NCBI GenBank assembly: GCA_030704615.1 | Contig: CM060733.1 | Location: forward strand, 372,001-436,000 | Direction of reading: 5' to 3' | From: Takakia lepidozioides | Lineage: Eukaryota > Plantae > Bryophyta | DNA: 64,000 bases | Shown: positions 60,605-64,000 of the stretch, piece after piece | Layout of the letters: each line of letters opens with the position of its first letter | Position numbering within the stretch: position 1 is the first letter of the stretch | The notes under the pieces: model-generated | Told to the model about the DNA's origin: nothing | Seen by the model: the letters and a program-made list of their open reading frames with translations, nothing else | Databases searched by the model: none | Translations under genes and position numbers: made by a program

Positions 60605-62652
60605 TTGCCAAGGGCTTATAGAAATTGCTTTGCCTTCGGTTTGAAGGATTTGGGGAGTTTGAAGGGCCAGGAGATTCATATTGATTTGGCAAGTGACACG
60701 CCAATTTTTCGAAGGCCCTACAGGTATAGTGATATGGAGAGGTCTTTGATCCAGTCACGGACTATGGAGTTGTTCGAAGCTGGATTGGTGGAGTTATCAG
60801 GCGGAGAGTATGCCTCGGCAATGGTGATACCAGCTAAGAAGGATATCTATGGCAATTGGACAGAAAGGAGGATGTGTGGGACTACCGTCCTGTAAACCGT
60901 CAGACTAAGTCTGATAGATATGCCATGCCAACTCCAGAGGAGATCTTTGATGCCATTGGGCATGCAAAGGTGTTTAGCACATTGGACTTGCGATCCGGTT
61001 ACCACCAGTTGCCAATCAAAGAGGCTGACAAGCAAAAGACGACATTCTGGGGGATTGACCAACATGGGAAGGATTGCTTGTACCAATGGCGGTTCCTACC
61101 GTTTGGGTTGAAAAATGCTCCTGCAGAGTTTCAAAGGGTCATGGATAGGATTCTTGCGGGGCTAGACTTCGCCCGGTGCTACATTGATGACATCATCATC
61201 TTTAGTGCTACGATTGAGGAGCACGAGAGACACCTTCAGATGGTGTTTGAGCGCTTGAGAGCGCATGGGTTGAAATTGCACCCTGGGAAGTGCAAGTTCT
61301 TCCACAACCAGATTGAGTATCTGGGCCACATGATATACCCTAGAGGATTGGGTGTTCAAAAGACGAAGGTAGAGGCCATTGCACGCATTCCACGCCCCAT
61401 CGATGTTAGCAGAGTTCGTGCTTTCATGGGGTTGGCAAACTACTATCGACGGTTTGTCAAGGGATTTAGCAGCATTGCAAAGGTTCTGACCAAGTTGACC
61501 AAGGTGGGTCAGGAGTGGCAGTGGGAAGAGGAACAGGAGGAAGCCTTTGAGGAACTCAAGGCTCGATTGATTTCTGCGCCTATTCTGAGGCGGCCTATTC
61601 GGGGGCGGCCTTTCCAGCTACATACGGATTGGAGTATGCTGGGGATTGGAGCAATGCTCACACAAGTGGATGATGAGGGAAGAGAGTTTGTAGTGGCATA
61701 TGCTAGCCACTCGAACAATGATGCCGAGGCGAAGTATAGTTCCTATGAAGGGGAGTGTCTAGCTGCAGTATGGGCAGTGGCACATTTTAGATGCTACCTC
61801 TATGACAATCTCTTCACCCTTGTCACGGATCACCAACCATTGAAGTGGTTGATGGAGTCAGACAAGCTTACACGGAAGCTTGCACGGTGGGCACTTATGC
61901 TTCAAGAGTATGACTTCCAGGCGGTGCATCGAGCCGGCATAGTCAACCGGGATGCGGATAGATTGAGTCGCAATCCATGCACAAGTGAGCTTGATCATAT
62001 AGGAGCTCGTTGGCATGGTGAGACGGACAAGGAGATGGTGCCAGGATGGCACGCATCTGCCTTTTTATGCATTCTAGCAATGGGAGCTCAAGCTGGTCCA
62101 TCCCATGCGATTGGTCATAGAGATAGTGTGCATGACGATCCAAAGATCAGTGAGGAGCTTGGTGGTGCTAAGGATGTACATGAAGATGCAACAGTGTTGG
62201 CCTACCTTCGTACTAGAGAGACAACAGCCAATGTGACTGCTAAGGAGAGAGATTGGATCCTACAACGAGTCAAGAGATTCAAGTGGGAGGGGACTCTCCT
62301 ACTCTGAGTATGGGAGGATGGACGAGTGAGGATTGTGCCTTATCCAACACAACGAGCGCGATTGGTACGCCATGCCCATGAGGTGTTGGGACATTTTGGG
62401 GTGCGGCGCACTCATAGTTTGCTACAATGACAGTATTGGTGGCGGGGCATGCACACGGATGTGCAACAATTAGTGGCAAGGTGCATGGTGTGTGATAGAG
62501 TGCGGGCTTCTTTCAGTGCACCTACTCCACAATTGCATCCTTCACCCATTATGGGTTTGGGCTATTGTTGGAGTCTTGACTTTGCAGGCCCATTGCCACT
62601 AATGATTCGTCATAACAAGTATGTGCTGGTGATGGTGGAATATTTCTCCAAA
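60605..62652 (+). pseudogene. pol: RT-RNase H-partial integrase of the DNMT element
   Basis: PIFRRPYR, RMCG|DYRPVN (frameshift), STLDLRSGYHQ, LPFGLKNAP, YIDD, EYLGH, LHTDWS, YSSYEGECLA, TDHQPL, HEVLGH...CMVC, WSLDFAGP. Ends after VEYFSK with a tatttctcc microduplication. Confidence 0.95.
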
Positions 62653-62958
62653 TATTTCTCCCGTTTTCTCTACATCTAAGTCTAAGTATTTAAGAACTCC
62701 GGATTTATGCTGGCTACACCTACGGCCGGGCAGTAAAAAGTCAGGGGATAGGGACTCGGCCGCGTGAAGTGCCATTGCTTCGGCATAATCAGGAAGCAGA
62801 AAATTGGAAAGGGGGCTGTCAAAAACAGACTCGCCACAAATGACTGTATCTCCTGAAGATCCACCGCTGCCTTTCCTGAAAGACAGCCTGAAAAAGTTAT
62901 TACTGTAACTTTGATGTTATTGAGAAATTGAGTATGGCTCCCAAAGTGGGTTTAGCAC

Positions 62959-63958
62959 TTACTCACATGAAAAGTCATTGTCGACCTGTTTATCTTTGGG
63001 ATCGTCATCATTTCGAATTTGAATCCGATCAGTCTGTGTGCCTGAAGTGGAGCCAGACAAAAGGGGGAGGAGCACTGTGTTGTAGAGGTCAGAATCACCC
63101 TCCATGCCAAAAAGGCTTCTTCCGCCCTGCCTTGCATGCATGGTAAGTTGCTCTTGCACCAGACAGGAGGACATGAACAGTTTGGTGGGGGGGATTTAAG
63201 CAAATGGAACTGGTGAAAGAAAATCAATTCAGAAGGGAGAGAACGAACCTGTGGACACAGAAAGATCGACCACCCGTGCAGAGTGGTGGCTACATGACTC
63301 CAGCAGTATTTGCATGAACGTTGGGGATTTTTCCTTTGCACCTCTTCAGGGAGTGCCATCTGGTCTCTTCAGAGTCTGACTGGACTGCATGAAGTTCTAC
63401 AAAATGTCATCGACATGCGGTTCATAGGGGGGGTTGACAAAACAACCCTGGTCAGAAATCTCAAAGCTGCGGATGGAGGATGGTGTCTTTGAGGTGCGAA
63501 TCCTCCCCAGGCAGATCGTCTCGAACATCCTCATCTGCCATGACAGATTCTTCTAGAGTGGAGCTGCAGAAAACATTGAAACTCATCATGAAAGCACAAG
63601 CAGAAGGGAGACGACGTACCAGCTGACCAGGGAAACCCCTTTTCACAAGGTAGAGGCTGTTCACACAATTCCATGTGCGCAAAACTTCAAACCCTGAAGA
63701 CTTCAAGTATGATGCCAATGCCCGACGACTATCTTTGTCACATGACTGAAAAAGCAGAAGTGTCCCTGCATCAGAGAGGAAATTATTACAGAACCCGAAC
63801 ACCCAACTCCAGTAGTTGTCCTCGAATTTGTTCCAGCCTGGCATCTTGCCCTTTGGAAGATCTTCTGGCACAGCCTGGCCATCCGGGATGTCGAGAATGA
63901 CAATGTCAGCTGCATATGTTTTCTGCACACTGCACACGAAGGTGGGACCAGTGCTCAC
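62959..63958 (-). pseudogene. Intron-containing beta-class N4-cytosine/N6-adenine DNA methyltransferase-like gene, pseudogenised; probably continues beyond the window
   Basis: ADIVILDIPDG (position of DPPY motif IV), FLSDAGTLLLF (motif VI-like), DGTP*RGAKEKSPTFMQILLESCS...VVDLSVSTG (motifs X/I), ATYHACKAG|GRSLFGMEGDSDLY (motif II). Donor-like sites at 63619 and ~63248. In-frame stops and a frameshift. Confidence 0.72.
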
Positions 63959-64000
63959 CTGCAACAGACATGTTTATTTTAATAACGATGGCAAGAATGT

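Larger units (their letters stand above)
56488..62652. mobile_element. Rearranged Ty3/gypsy retrotransposon encoding a C5 DNA methyltransferase; gag-PR-DNMT on minus, RT-RH-IN on plus
   Basis: Domains are listed separately below. An exact 19-bp inverted repeat at 56488-56506 and 60581-60599 brackets the inverted half. The element is truncated inside integrase. Confidence 0.88.

Overview
Eukaryotic nuclear DNA with GT-AG introns. It is most likely from a non-seed land plant (inferred from PLS-DYW PPR genes, an intron-rich GNOM and the transposon types). Host genes, all on the minus strand: the C-terminal part of a damaged ABCC/MRP transporter gene (89-7358) whose introns are full of LINE copies; an 8-exon patatin-like phospholipase with a long low-complexity tail (27179-32200); an intact PLS-class PPR-DYW RNA-editing gene (39718-43134) with two decayed DYW relatives; a GT8 (GUX/PGSIP-like) exon remnant; and an intact 8-exon GNOM-type ARF-GEF (46380-53123). 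A decayed tRNA-Trp lies on the plus strand. Mobile DNA: two LINE families; a 12 kb non-chromoviral Ty3/gypsy element with extra ORFs, whose pol and 3' extra ORF lie in one reading frame; a hAT-like MITE with an internal hairpin; and a copia remnant. The most unusual part is the last 8 kb. It holds a Ty3/gypsy element carrying a C5-cytosine DNA methyltransferase (DNMT3-like motif order) directly after its protease. The gag-PR-DNMT half of this element is inverted relative to RT-RH-IN between exact 19-bp inverted repeats. Directly next to it is an intron-containing, pseudogenised beta-class N4-cytosine/N6-adenine methyltransferase-like gene. Both methyltransferase copies are broken here, so any activity would have to be shown from intact relatives.
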